DNA from: Candidatus Nomurabacteria bacterium
GTDB taxonomy: Bacteria; Patescibacteriota; Minisyncoccia; Phycocordibacterales; SBAW01
Assembly: GCA_020854065.1 (NCBI GenBank)
Contig: JADZGF010000003.1
Location: 96,913 to 160,912, forward strand
DNA: 64,000 nucleotides
Direction of reading: 5' to 3'
The position numbers were made by a program, and so were the translations under genes. Positions 47,754 to 56,803 of the stretch are shown here, piece by piece. The notes beneath the pieces are model-generated. The model had not been told where the DNA came from and did no database searches. It saw only the letters and a program-made list of their open reading frames with translations. Numbering within the stretch: position 1 is the stretch's first letter; each line of letters begins with the position of its first letter.

Positions 47754-49052
47754 ATGTCTACCGTTATTACACGCTTTCCTCCCTCGCCAACCGGACATCT
47801 CCATATCGGGAGTGTACGGACGGCACTCTTTAACTATCTCTACGCCGCAAAAAACGGCGGCACGATGGTACTGCGATTTGAAGATACCGATAAAGAGCGC
47901 TCCAAACCTGAATTTGAAGAGGATATCTTAGCGGGACTTAACTGGCTCTCTATTCCCTATACGCTTGCGGACAATCCACGGCAATCAGAACGAGGAGCAC
48001 TCTATCAGCCGCATATTGCGCGCCTTATCGAAAGCGGTCATGCATACGAGGCAGAGGAGGGGAAAGATGGTTCGGGGAAAAAAGTAGTGCGGTTTAAAAA
48101 CCCGAACACGACACTGGTATTTACCGATGAAATACGCGGAGAAGTATCATTCGATACCACCGATTTGGGAGATTTCGTCATTGCAAAAAACGTAGATGAA
48201 CCGCTCTACCATTTGGCGGTTGTGATCGATGACCATGAGATGGGGGTAACGCATGTCATCCGCGGCGAAGATCATATTTCAAATACACCCCGTCAGATCC
48301 TCATACTCGAAGCACTTGGCTTTACCCGTCCCTCCTATGCACACATTCCGCTCATCTTGGCACCTGATCGATCCAAGCTCTCGAAGCGCCATGGCGCGGT
48401 CTCAGTCAATGAATACCAGTCACAGGGAATCATTGCCGAAGCATTGATCAACTATCTTGCACTCCTTGGATGGAATCCAGGAGGGGAGCAGGAAATATAT
48501 ACTCTTTCGGAATTAGAGAACCTCTTCACGCTTGAGCGGGTACACAAAGGCGGGGCAATCTTCGATATGGAGAAGTTGGTGTGGTTTAACCACGAACATC
48601 TCAAGCGTTTAAGCGATGAGGAATTTGCGAAGCGGTTGAAACATTTTAGACACAGTGATACCGATCCACGCCTCATCCCCCTTATCAAAGAGCGCGCAAA
48701 GACCTTAACTGAGGCAGAGGCGTTGATAGAGGAGTACGATTTCCTTAATCCGGTATCACACACCGTGGAACTCTTAACCCAAAACGGGAAGATTGCTGCC
48801 GCTGATGCGTCTACACACTTGCATGCACTGCAAGAATTACTTGGCGGCGTAGCGGATGATGACTTCACTCCTGAACGCGTTAAAGAAGCTCTATGGCCCT
48901 ATGCAGAGGCACAGGGGAGAGGTGCTGTACTGTGGCCACTACGTACTACGCTCTCGGGAAGAGAGAAATCTCCTGATCCCTTCACCCTCGCAGCCCTCCT
49001 TGGAAAGAAGACTGTACTCGAGCGCATTGAGGCTGCTCAAAAAGTGCTTTAA
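47754..49052 (+). CDS. gltX: glutamate--tRNA ligase
   Basis: RFPPSPTGHLHIG, THVIRGEDH, KLSKRHG; ATG 47754. Confidence 0.95.
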   Translation: MSTVITRFPPSPTGHLHIGSVRTALFNYLYAAKNGGTMVLRFEDTDKERSKPEFEEDILAGLNWLSIPYTLADNPRQSERGALYQPHIARLIESGHAYEAEEGKDGSGKKVVRFKNPNTTLVFTDEIRGEVSFDTTDLGDFVIAKNVDEPLYHLAVVIDDHEMGVTHVIRGEDHISNTPRQILILEALGFTRPSYAHIPLILAPDRSKLSKRHGAVSVNEYQSQGIIAEALINYLALLGWNPGGEQEIYTLSELENLFTLERVHKGGAIFDMEKLVWFNHEHLKRLSDEEFAKRLKHFRHSDTDPRLIPLIKERAKTLTEAEALIEEYDFLNPVSHTVELLTQNGKIAAADASTHLHALQELLGGVADDDFTPERVKEALWPYAEAQGRGAVLWPLRTTLSGREKSPDPFTLAALLGKKTVLERIEAAQKVL

Positions 49053-49062
49053 AATAGAGGTA

Positions 49063-50310
49063 ATGCACCGTATTGCTTCGGTTTTTATCGTGTTGCTCCT
49101 TTCGGTGGCTATCTTTGCTCCTGCGAGTATGGTTGTCGCACAAGATGCAAACGCCATACAAGCTCAGATTGATAAGATCCGGAAGGAGATTGAAGCACTC
49201 CAGAAAGAATTAAAGACCACCACGACCCAGAAGCAAACACTCCAGAACGCGATCAAGGAGCTTGATCTACAGATACAAAAACTCCAAAAGAGTATTTCAC
49301 TCACCTCAACGCAGATAGGACAGAAGGATAAAGAGATCGTAACGATTGGGAGTACTATTTTAACGACTGAAGAAAAGATTGACCTACACGAAAGCGGGGT
49401 AGCGGAGTCACTACGAGAACTCGACACGATGGATGAAAAAGGTCTTGCGGCAGCGCTCCTGGGAGGCGCTACCTTGGCAAGCTTTTTTGATGAAGCAGTC
49501 GCACTTGGTTCAATCCGTGATGATCTTGGTACCAAAATACGCGAATTGAGTTCTCTCAAAGAGAATCTTGCGAAGAATAAAAACGTAGCTGAGAGCAAGC
49601 GTAAAGAGTTGGCGAGTCTCCAGTCGCAGCTCTCCACGCAGCGCAAAGGGTTAGCAACAACCCGCAGCTCGCAGACCGAACTACTGAAAGAGACACAGAA
49701 TAAAGAAGCACAATACCAAGCCCTTATCGCACAGAAACAGGCTGAACAGTCTGCGTTTGAGAGCGCCTTGGTGAAAGCAGCACGTGATTTAGGGAGTGCT
49801 GACACGACCGGAGTGCCGTCACCGTATCGCGGACTCCTTAACTGGCCTATTGATAATGTGTTTTTGACACAGACATTCGGCAACACAGATTTTGCAGCGT
49901 CCGGTGCATACAATGGACAAGGACATAACGGTGTCGACTTCCGCGCATCGATAGGCACACCAATCAAGTCGGCTCTTTCAGGTACAGTCCAAGAAGTGAA
50001 CCAAGGTGCGGTGAAATACTGCCAGTATGGCAAATGGGTATTGGTGCGACACAACAATGGATTGACCACACTCTACGCACACCTCTCTTCGATATCGGTA
50101 ACGAAAGGGCAAGCAGTAGGGAGCGGAGATGTTATAGGCTACGCAGGTGATACGGGCTATGCAACAGGACCGCACCTTCACTTTACGGTCTATGCATCGA
50201 GCGGTGTGACGTTTAAAAGCTACACCTGCAACAGCGGATACACCGCTTACATTCCTATCGCTCCATTAAACGGATATCTCAACCCGATGCAGTACTTGCC
50301 AACGCTCTAG
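49063..50310 (+). CDS. coiled-coil M23 peptidase (EnvC/murein hydrolase-like)
   Basis: signal peptide, long coiled coil, HNGVD, YAHLS, TGPHLHF. Confidence 0.9.
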   Translation: MHRIASVFIVLLLSVAIFAPASMVVAQDANAIQAQIDKIRKEIEALQKELKTTTTQKQTLQNAIKELDLQIQKLQKSISLTSTQIGQKDKEIVTIGSTILTTEEKIDLHESGVAESLRELDTMDEKGLAAALLGGATLASFFDEAVALGSIRDDLGTKIRELSSLKENLAKNKNVAESKRKELASLQSQLSTQRKGLATTRSSQTELLKETQNKEAQYQALIAQKQAEQSAFESALVKAARDLGSADTTGVPSPYRGLLNWPIDNVFLTQTFGNTDFAASGAYNGQGHNGVDFRASIGTPIKSALSGTVQEVNQGAVKYCQYGKWVLVRHNNGLTTLYAHLSSISVTKGQAVGSGDVIGYAGDTGYATGPHLHFTVYASSGVTFKSYTCNSGYTAYIPIAPLNGYLNPMQYLPTL

Positions 50311-50415
50311 ATATCCCCAAGAGGGAAGGGGGAGCAGTTGAACATACGTCATACTTATAGACATGCGGATGAAGGTCGAACCGCACCATTTCAGTACCTC
50401 TCATAAGCTTACTCT

Positions 50416-50619
50416 ATGAAATCAGTTGGACTTATCGGTTACATCCTCGTTGTCGTAGGCGCCCTTAACTGGGGTCTCGTCGGTGTTGGCTACTTTATGA
50501 GCCAAGACCTCAACGTGGTGCACATGATTCTTGGCCCTGTTTCGATGGACCTTGAAGCAATTGTGTATATCCTCGTCGGCGTTGCTGGCGTTTGGATGCT
50601 GATGAAGCGCCGTCCGTAA
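50416..50619 (+). CDS. DUF378 family small membrane protein
   Basis: LVVVGALNWGLVG...IVYILVG. Confidence 0.9.
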   Translation: MKSVGLIGYILVVVGALNWGLVGVGYFMSQDLNVVHMILGPVSMDLEAIVYILVGVAGVWMLMKRRP

Positions 50620-50635
50620 TCGCTACGGTTTGGCC

Positions 50636-50662
50636 CAAAAAGCCCCCTCTGGGGGCTTTTTG
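50636..50662 (+). terminator. intrinsic terminator
   Basis: CAAAAAGCCCCC-N-GGGGGCTTTTTG. Confidence 0.8.
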
Positions 50663-50693
50663 TATGGTCATTGTGGTATGATGGTCACATTGT

Positions 50694-51449
50694 ATGCACG
50701 CCATAGCCGTTAAGGGCCTACGCAAGACCTACGCGCCCCAGAAAGGGCAGGGAGAGGGCACGGAAGCACTAAAGGGAGTGAGTCTCACGGTAGAGGAGGG
50801 GGACTTTTTTGCCCTCCTCGGCCCCAACGGGGCAGGCAAAACTACCCTTATCGGCATAACCTCCAGCTTGGTTAATAAGAGCGATGGGGAAGTAAAGGTC
50901 TTTGGGGTCGATATTGATAAAGATCGCTCACTCGCCAAGACTCATATCGGTTTGGTACCGCAGGAGTTTAACTTCAATATTTTTGAAAAGGTCATTGATA
51001 TTGTGACTACCCAAGCCGGCTACTACGGCATCCCACGCGCCGAAGCACTCTCACGTGCTGAGAAACTTTTGAAAGATCTCGGACTTTGGGAGAAAAAGGA
51101 TATGCCGTCGCAAACACTCTCTGGTGGTATGAAGCGACGCTTGATGATCGCACGTGGACTCGTACACAATCCGAAACTTTTGATATTGGATGAACCAACG
51201 GCAGGTGTTGATGTTGAAATGCGCCATGGCATGTGGGAGTTTCTTAAAAAACTCAATGCAGAGGGCACGACTATTATTCTGACTACCCATTACCTAGAAG
51301 AAGCTGAGGCGCTCTGCCGCAATATCGCCATCATCAACAAAGGAACGATTGTCGTGAATGAGCCGATGCAGCAGCTTTTAGAGAGCCGTGGCCATGCCAA
51401 GCTCGAGCAGATTTATCTTGATTTAATTAAGCAGGAATCACCCGCATGA
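50694..51449 (+). CDS. ABC-2 transporter ATPase (YadG-like)
   Basis: GPNGAGKTT, LSGGMKRR, LDEPTAGVD. Confidence 0.92.
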   Translation: MHAIAVKGLRKTYAPQKGQGEGTEALKGVSLTVEEGDFFALLGPNGAGKTTLIGITSSLVNKSDGEVKVFGVDIDKDRSLAKTHIGLVPQEFNFNIFEKVIDIVTTQAGYYGIPRAEALSRAEKLLKDLGLWEKKDMPSQTLSGGMKRRLMIARGLVHNPKLLILDEPTAGVDVEMRHGMWEFLKKLNAEGTTIILTTHYLEEAEALCRNIAIINKGTIVVNEPMQQLLESRGHAKLEQIYLDLIKQESPA

Positions 51450-52219
51450 CACCCGACAGAATGCTCATCGCCTATAGCACGATGCTCCGCAACGAATTGG
51501 TGCGGATCTTCCGCATTTGGTCGCAGACCCTACTTCCTCCAGTTGTTACGACCTCGCTTTACTTTGTGGTCTTCGGTGCCTTTATTGGCAGCCAAATTGC
51601 CCCAATAGACGGGTTTACCTACATGCAGTTCATTGTGCCTGGCCTCATCATGATGTCAGTCATTACCTCAAGCTACATGAACACCGTATCCATGTTCTAT
51701 TTTGCGAAATGGACCAAGACGCTCGACGAAATGCTCGTGAGCCCTATGCCGGAGTGGGTCATCGTCGCAGGATATGTGAGCGGGGGAGTATTGCGTGGAC
51801 TTTTGGTTGGCGCGTTGGTACTTGCGGTATCACTCTTCTTTACGCATCTCGCAATATTTAATGCCTTTGTTTTGGTTGCTGCACTGGTGTTAACCTCGGT
51901 GCTCTTTAGCTTGGGAGGGCTTATCAACGGCGTCTTCGCAAAGGGCTTTGACGGCATCTCGATTGTGCCTACCTTCGTGTTAACTCCTCTTACGTACCTC
52001 GGTGGTATTTTCTACTCCGTAGAGATGCTGCCAGAGTTCTGGCAGAAGGTGAGCCTCTTTAACCCGATCCTGTATATGGTGAATGCATTCCGCTACGGCT
52101 TCCTCGGCATTAGCGACATACCACTCTGGCAGTGCTTCGCTGTACTCTTTGCGTTTTTAGGTATCTTTATAATCGTATTGATGTACCTGTTTAAGCAGGG
52201 GATCGGGGTCAAGAACTAG
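51446..52219 (+). CDS. ABC-2 transporter permease (YadH-like)
   Basis: RIWSQTLLPP, YMQFIVPGL, NPILYMVNAFRYG. Confidence 0.92.
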   Translation: MTPDRMLIAYSTMLRNELVRIFRIWSQTLLPPVVTTSLYFVVFGAFIGSQIAPIDGFTYMQFIVPGLIMMSVITSSYMNTVSMFYFAKWTKTLDEMLVSPMPEWVIVAGYVSGGVLRGLLVGALVLAVSLFFTHLAIFNAFVLVAALVLTSVLFSLGGLINGVFAKGFDGISIVPTFVLTPLTYLGGIFYSVEMLPEFWQKVSLFNPILYMVNAFRYGFLGISDIPLWQCFAVLFAFLGIFIIVLMYLFKQGIGVKN

Positions 52220-52222
52220 GAA

Positions 52223-52894
52223 CTATTTCCTTTTCTTCTTTGCGCGTGGCTCTGGCCACTCCATTAATCCTGCCGCTTTTATTTCAATCTTGTTTGCTTT
52301 GCGCAAAAACTTTTCCTGATCTTTGGGCAGAGCAGGGTAGTGGGGCACCGTGTCGAGTCTCTCGCCCAGCCAATCAAGGTCGCCTCCCGACCACCACTTT
52401 TTAGGATGGTACGCGGTGAGACTAAATGGTTTGGAATATTCAAGCATAGTCTTGCGGCCACCGTTCCGATCATTGAGCGGCCAAAAATATTCATGGAAAT
52501 AACTCATGCATAATTCGCGTACTGTTTTATACACTGGGTCTCGCCAGCGCAAGACCGGATAGTTTGTCTTACTTATCGCACCCCAGTATCCGTTTTGCTG
52601 AAACGGTGCGATGACGTGATCGAGATCGTACGCTGCGGATCGTAGATCAATTAAAAGAGGTTGCTTGCCGTGATAGGCGAGGGCAGCGGCAGCTAAAACT
52701 GCCCCCTCAATGCAATGTGCTTTTTTAGTAGCAAGAACTTGAGACGGATTTTGGATAGGGTCCCCTATTGGAGCAAAATTTTCGGGGAAGTGGTCTAGGA
52801 AGTCCTGAATCTTAATTGGCGTCGATAATTTTTTTAACGTGGCGCGCTCGGTGGGGGAAAGAGTAGAAATTAATTTTTTTTGATATTCAGTCAT
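52223..52894 (-). CDS. hypothetical protein, transglutaminase-like (Cys/His)
   Basis: AHCIEGA.LAAA, DHVIAPF...G.WGAISKTN...LR.RDPVY, SYFHEY. Confidence 0.75.
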   Translation of the reverse strand: MTEYQKKLISTLSPTERATLKKLSTPIKIQDFLDHFPENFAPIGDPIQNPSQVLATKKAHCIEGAVLAAAALAYHGKQPLLIDLRSAAYDLDHVIAPFQQNGYWGAISKTNYPVLRWRDPVYKTVRELCMSYFHEYFWPLNDRNGGRKTMLEYSKPFSLTAYHPKKWWSGGDLDWLGERLDTVPHYPALPKDQEKFLRKANKIEIKAAGLMEWPEPRAKKKRK

Positions 52895-52900
52895 AGGGTT

Positions 52901-53187
52901 GGGAAGCCGCTTCGCTCAAGGTCATAAGGGTCGCACAATATACATTTTCCGACCCTTATATCCTTTAACACTAAGGGGAGCCTTTGAACCTCGGCTCCCG
53001 CACTGCTGCTTCCCTCCTTGTATTCTACTCCAACCTTGAGGTGTTCTTTTTGTCTGTATTTTTATTTCTCTCTGTTCCCTCTAGTGCTGGTTGCAGGTTT
53101 TTAGCCGAGTTCCCGAGATTTGTTGTATTCAAAGGGTATCTAGCCGAGTCCTTTCTTTTTCTCGGTTAAACGGGGGAGGCGCTTCCC
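52901..53187 (-). ncRNA. candidate ~290-nt structured RNA (ncRNA or 5' leader), unidentified
   Basis: terminal stem GGGAAGC/GCTTCCC, nested stems CTCAAGGT/ACCTTGAG, ATAAGGGTCG/CGACCCTTAT, GGGAGCC/GGCTCCC; TATGGT -10 box 5 nt upstream on the - strand. Confidence 0.6.
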
Positions 53188-53226
53188 TATTTACCATACG
53201 CATGGACTGAGATACCGTATGTCTAT

Positions 53227-54504
53227 ATGGCACGTACAGTATTTTTTTCTTGGCAGTCGGATACGCCACCCGCTGTGGGACGTCGTTTTATTGAAGATAT
53301 TCTGACAGAGATCTGCGCCGGTGTATCAGGAGAGACAACTGTCGATGATTCTCCACGCGACAACCTATTAGTCGATAGCGATACTAAGAACGTTGCGGGA
53401 CACCCCCCAATATTTCCAATCATACTAGATAAGATTGATCGTTCCGCGGTCTTTGTTGCAGATTTAACAGCTGTGGGCGTGCGAAACAACGGCTCAGGGC
53501 TAATAGCCAATCCAAATGTACTTATCGAATACGGTTACGCAATAAAGACACATGGGTATGAACGGATAGTCTACTTACTTAACACAGCGTACGGGGAACC
53601 AGGTAAATTTGGAGAGAATCTTCCTTTTGATCTACGGCACGCACGTCATCCAATCACTTTTCATCTTCCAAACAATGCAACAAAAATAGCCGCACAAAAA
53701 GAAAAGGCGAGACTCCTCCCTCTTCTTGAGCGCGCAATACGCGCAAGCCTCACCAAAACCCCAACGGACGAGAGGATTGAGCAACCTTCTTATCGTGAAA
53801 GAAAGACTTGGATTGACCCGTCCCGCTTCCGTGCGCCAGGTATAGAACTGGGCATAAAGGATGATTGGTTTTTCAGTGAAAAGAAAACTCAAAAAGTCTT
53901 CCTGGACGAGGGTCCTGCCGCTTGGTTGAGACTCATACCAACTCTCAGCTCAGAGAAGAAATTTCGCACAGCAGAGTTAAAAAAAATCATTCAAGGCCAA
54001 TCCGGAGCCAGGTTTCCAACCTTGATTGATAGGGGTGGTGGGTATGATTACGTCCGGGCCGAAGATGGGATGGGTTTATACTACTCCGTTGGTCAAGACA
54101 CAGATGATTTAGTCAGAACTCCTACTGTTGCCTATATGTTCAACACTGGAGAAATCTGGAGTATAGATACTGCTCGGCTTAGTTACGGCCAGAATATTCC
54201 TTTTTTAGAAGAGGAATTTAAAGCCTCCCTCGAGGCGTACGCGAATACCTTGGCAAGTTTGGGTATACCTGGACCTTATAAGTGGAAAGTGGGCATGACG
54301 GGTCTAAAAGACAAAAAAATAAGTATGCCTCCACCTGCGCCGGGAAAGGGTTATATATCAAATACTGGCCCCACCTGTGTCACTGATACTATAGAAATGG
54401 AAGGTGTCTATCAAACCGGCCAAAAGTCCGCAGATGCACTCAGGCCATTTTTCGAAGAACTCTTTGATCAGTGCGGAATGACTCGTCCTGCGCATCTCCA
54501 ATAA
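53227..54504 (+). CDS. TIR-like/nucleoside-deoxyribosyltransferase-like domain protein
   Basis: VFFSWQSD, IDRSAVFVADLT, NPNVLIEYGYA, LPFDLRH; unknown C-terminal domain. Confidence 0.7.
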   Translation: MARTVFFSWQSDTPPAVGRRFIEDILTEICAGVSGETTVDDSPRDNLLVDSDTKNVAGHPPIFPIILDKIDRSAVFVADLTAVGVRNNGSGLIANPNVLIEYGYAIKTHGYERIVYLLNTAYGEPGKFGENLPFDLRHARHPITFHLPNNATKIAAQKEKARLLPLLERAIRASLTKTPTDERIEQPSYRERKTWIDPSRFRAPGIELGIKDDWFFSEKKTQKVFLDEGPAAWLRLIPTLSSEKKFRTAELKKIIQGQSGARFPTLIDRGGGYDYVRAEDGMGLYYSVGQDTDDLVRTPTVAYMFNTGEIWSIDTARLSYGQNIPFLEEEFKASLEAYANTLASLGIPGPYKWKVGMTGLKDKKISMPPPAPGKGYISNTGPTCVTDTIEMEGVYQTGQKSADALRPFFEELFDQCGMTRPAHLQ

Positions 54505-54542
54505 AAACGGACTTTGTATCTATTCCCATGTTTTCATTCATA

Positions 54543-54574
54543 CAAAAACTCCCCCATTTCTGGAGGAGTCTTTG
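54543..54574. terminator. bidirectional terminator
   Basis: AAACTCC...GGAGTCTTT hairpin between convergent genes. Confidence 0.6.
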
Positions 54575-54582
54575 TGTAGGAG

Positions 54583-55002
54583 TTAGTTAGACTTCGCGAG
54601 GTGGGTGCCCTTGCTCCAGCATGCCTTAGAGGCATTCCAGGGTTTGGTACCCTCCTTCTCATAAAGATAGCGAGCGTACTCTAAGTTACCCTGGACTGAA
54701 AGGATATCCATATCCATCTTAGCTGCCGTATCTTTGTGGAGAGACGACATGATCTGGAAGATACCCATTGCGGTACTGTTTGGGTTTTTAACCACATTCC
54801 CCTTCTTATCAAACTGGCGGAACTGCGACTCGCAGCGCGCAATATTGACCATGACAGGGGCATCGGCAAAGTATATTTCAACGTACTCCTTAACGGTCTG
54901 GGCAGCGGGCATGGTAGCCGGAACGTTGCCAACCGATGGCTGCGGGGCCATAAAGGCCGAGAGCGCAAGGGCGACAGAGGCTGCAGAAGTGGTAAGAGGC
55001 AT
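54583..55002 (-). CDS. secreted lysozyme-like/lytic transglycosylase (SLT-like)
   Basis: signal peptide; IARCES catalytic Glu, AMGIFQI, GN..YA..LY, PW.AS..CW. Confidence 0.8.
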   Translation of the reverse strand: MPLTTSAASVALALSAFMAPQPSVGNVPATMPAAQTVKEYVEIYFADAPVMVNIARCESQFRQFDKKGNVVKNPNSTAMGIFQIMSSLHKDTAAKMDMDILSVQGNLEYARYLYEKEGTKPWNASKACWSKGTHLAKSN

Positions 55003-55121
55003 GTATTTGTATTAAGTGGTTATGAACCTAGAGAACAAAAAGGCCCGGGCGAGAACCGCCTGGGCGTAAGACAATGGTAGTCTATTTTCGTCAATAGGTC
55101 AAGGCGAAAGCTTGACAATAT

Positions 55122-55155
55122 AAAAGGGGGTCTGGAATTGCCCAGATCCCCTTAT
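55122..55155 (-). terminator. intrinsic terminator
   Basis: AAGGGGATCTGG...CCAGACCCCCTTTT on the - strand after ORF 55186. Confidence 0.65.
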
Positions 55156-55185
55156 TTGACAACGTATTTTATTGTTGTACTGCGT

Positions 55186-55875
55186 TTAGGCCACCTGGGG
55201 CACTAAACCTGCGAGCGCCCGGAGTGCATGGGGGAGAAGTTCCTCCATCCGCTTCTCTTCCATCCAGACTTTGACCGCCTCATCACCAATGAGGAGGTAG
55301 TCCTTCCAGAAGTCGCCCTTTTCTTGGAGCAGAGACGAGAGAGACGGCGGCCTGCCCACAAAGGAGTGATAGACGCAGAAAAGGTTGTCTTTGTGCACGT
55401 CCTTCTCTTCAAACGGAGCAAAGTGGCCGTGCGGATGGACGAACCCTTCAATGTAGGCTCCGACCGGAAGCGTCAGCATATTGAAGGTATGATCCTTCCG
55501 AAGGATGAGGTTGGGACCACTGAGTATGCCCATGCGATAGGCTTCTCGTTCCTCCGTATCCCAGCCGAACCCAAAGCGGTGGCGGGTACATTCGCGCGAA
55601 GGGTAGCAGATAAGTACCAGCTCCCCTGTCCTTCCCTCCATGGCGGCTTCAACGGCGCGACATCGATCTTCAAGCTCAGGCCAGTAGCCGGCGTAGGAGA
55701 TAACCAGGTCGCGGAGCCGATCGCCCGTGCCGACACCCGCCGCAACCAACGCACGGAGTTCATTACTCCGTCTATTGATCTGCTCATCAATTTCTTTGAG
55801 CCGGGCGTGTACGTCTTCTTTTTGCTTGCGGAGCCCTTCCAGGCTATTGATAAACGTCTTGGCAGTTTCGTTCAT
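55186..55875 (-). CDS. hypothetical protein with N-terminal coiled coil
   Basis: 229-aa ORF, GAGAGGG before the ATG, own terminator. Confidence 0.65.
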   Translation of the reverse strand: MNETAKTFINSLEGLRKQKEDVHARLKEIDEQINRRSNELRALVAAGVGTGDRLRDLVISYAGYWPELEDRCRAVEAAMEGRTGELVLICYPSRECTRHRFGFGWDTEEREAYRMGILSGPNLILRKDHTFNMLTLPVGAYIEGFVHPHGHFAPFEEKDVHKDNLFCVYHSFVGRPPSLSSLLQEKGDFWKDYLLIGDEAVKVWMEEKRMEELLPHALRALAGLVPQVA

Positions 55876-55948
55876 CGCACCCTCTCTGTTGGAACAATGC
55901 TAGCGCAAGCGTAGCAGAATACGATATCTTGGTAAAGATAAAGAAATA

Positions 55949-56022
55949 CGGGCTGTAGTATACCGGTAGTACGCATGCATGGGGTGCATGTAGACCGGGT
56001 TCGATTCCCGGCAGCCCGACCA
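55949..56022 (+). tRNA. tRNA-Pro(GGG) with encoded CCA
   Basis: acceptor CGGGCTG/CAGCCCG, anticodon arm CATGC-ATGGGGT-GCATG, T arm GGTTCGATTCC, 3' ACCA. Confidence 0.96.
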
Positions 56023-56089
56023 TACATTGACCATTCGTATAAAAAACTGTATTGTAAATCTTGGAACAACCCCATATATAGGAGTATTT

Positions 56090-56197
56090 ATGACTGTGAC
56101 CTGGGTTGATCATATTTGGGTCATCGTTTTGCTCGTCGTAGCAATAGGTGGCGGGTACCTTGCAGGCAAGAGTATCGAGCGCGCCGGGAAATTATAG
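56090..56197 (+). CDS. 35-aa single-TM small protein
   Basis: MTVTWVDHIWVIVLLVVAIGGGYLAGKSIERAGKL; AGGAG SD; terminator at 56220-56246. Confidence 0.6.
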   Translation: MTVTWVDHIWVIVLLVVAIGGGYLAGKSIERAGKL

Positions 56198-56219
56198 GCG
56201 CACGACACAAAAACTCTCG

Positions 56220-56246
56220 AGCCGCCCTGAAAAAGGGCGGCTTTTA
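56220..56246 (+). terminator. intrinsic terminator
   Basis: AGCCGCCCT-GAAA-AGGGCGGCTTTT. Confidence 0.75.
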
Positions 56247-56269
56247 ATCTAAACTCATAGGAGGTTTGC

Positions 56270-56761
56270 ATGTGGCCTAGTGATATCGTGTATCTCCAAA
56301 CGATCTTCAGTATCGTGTTCTATGTATTTGGTATTGGAGCCGCTATTGTTGCCTTCGCTTCGCTTCGGGCTAATCGACAAAATCAGCGCGAAGCCAACGC
56401 AAGAAGAGCGTATCTCGACTACGCACGACTTGGGATCGAATACCCAGAATTTGCTTTCCCTCGACATCTTGAAATAAATCTCGAGAAACAAACGATAAAA
56501 GAAAGTAGGCTGGAATTCGAACGATACGAATGGTTCATATCGATACTTCTTGGGACTGTTCGATTCTTCCTCGAGTCGACAAGCAGGAAAGGAATGTGGC
56601 GCAAGATGATGATCTTACAACTTGCGTACCATTGGGAATATCTCGACAAGTATCGGAATGAAAAGGAATACCTAAAGCAGTGGGCTTTAGAATTAAAGTC
56701 TGAGTTTAACGAAGCAATAGCCTTAGGAAAAAGGTTATATCCACCCAACCGAACCACATAG
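56270..56761 (+). CDS. hypothetical protein with N-terminal TM helix
   Basis: 163 aa, AGGAGG SD, TM then helical domain (YPEFA, RYEWF). Confidence 0.7.
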   Translation: MWPSDIVYLQTIFSIVFYVFGIGAAIVAFASLRANRQNQREANARRAYLDYARLGIEYPEFAFPRHLEINLEKQTIKESRLEFERYEWFISILLGTVRFFLESTSRKGMWRKMMILQLAYHWEYLDKYRNEKEYLKQWALELKSEFNEAIALGKRLYPPNRTT

Positions 56762-56803
56762 AACCTTCAAATCGCCCCTTCACACATTGGGGCGATTTTT
56801 TAT

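Noticed and set aside
52901-53187. tmRNA, RNase P or SRP identity for the structured element
   Set aside because: No GGGG acceptor/T-arm/CCA or plausible tag peptide, no GAGGAAAGUC, no GNRA domain-IV hairpin; only partial resemblances such as GAACTCGGCTA and GGAAGCAGC
55228-55914. 228-aa + strand ORF antisense to 55186-55875
   Set aside because: Shadow ORF; the - strand ORF has the SD-like element, terminator and more protein-like composition
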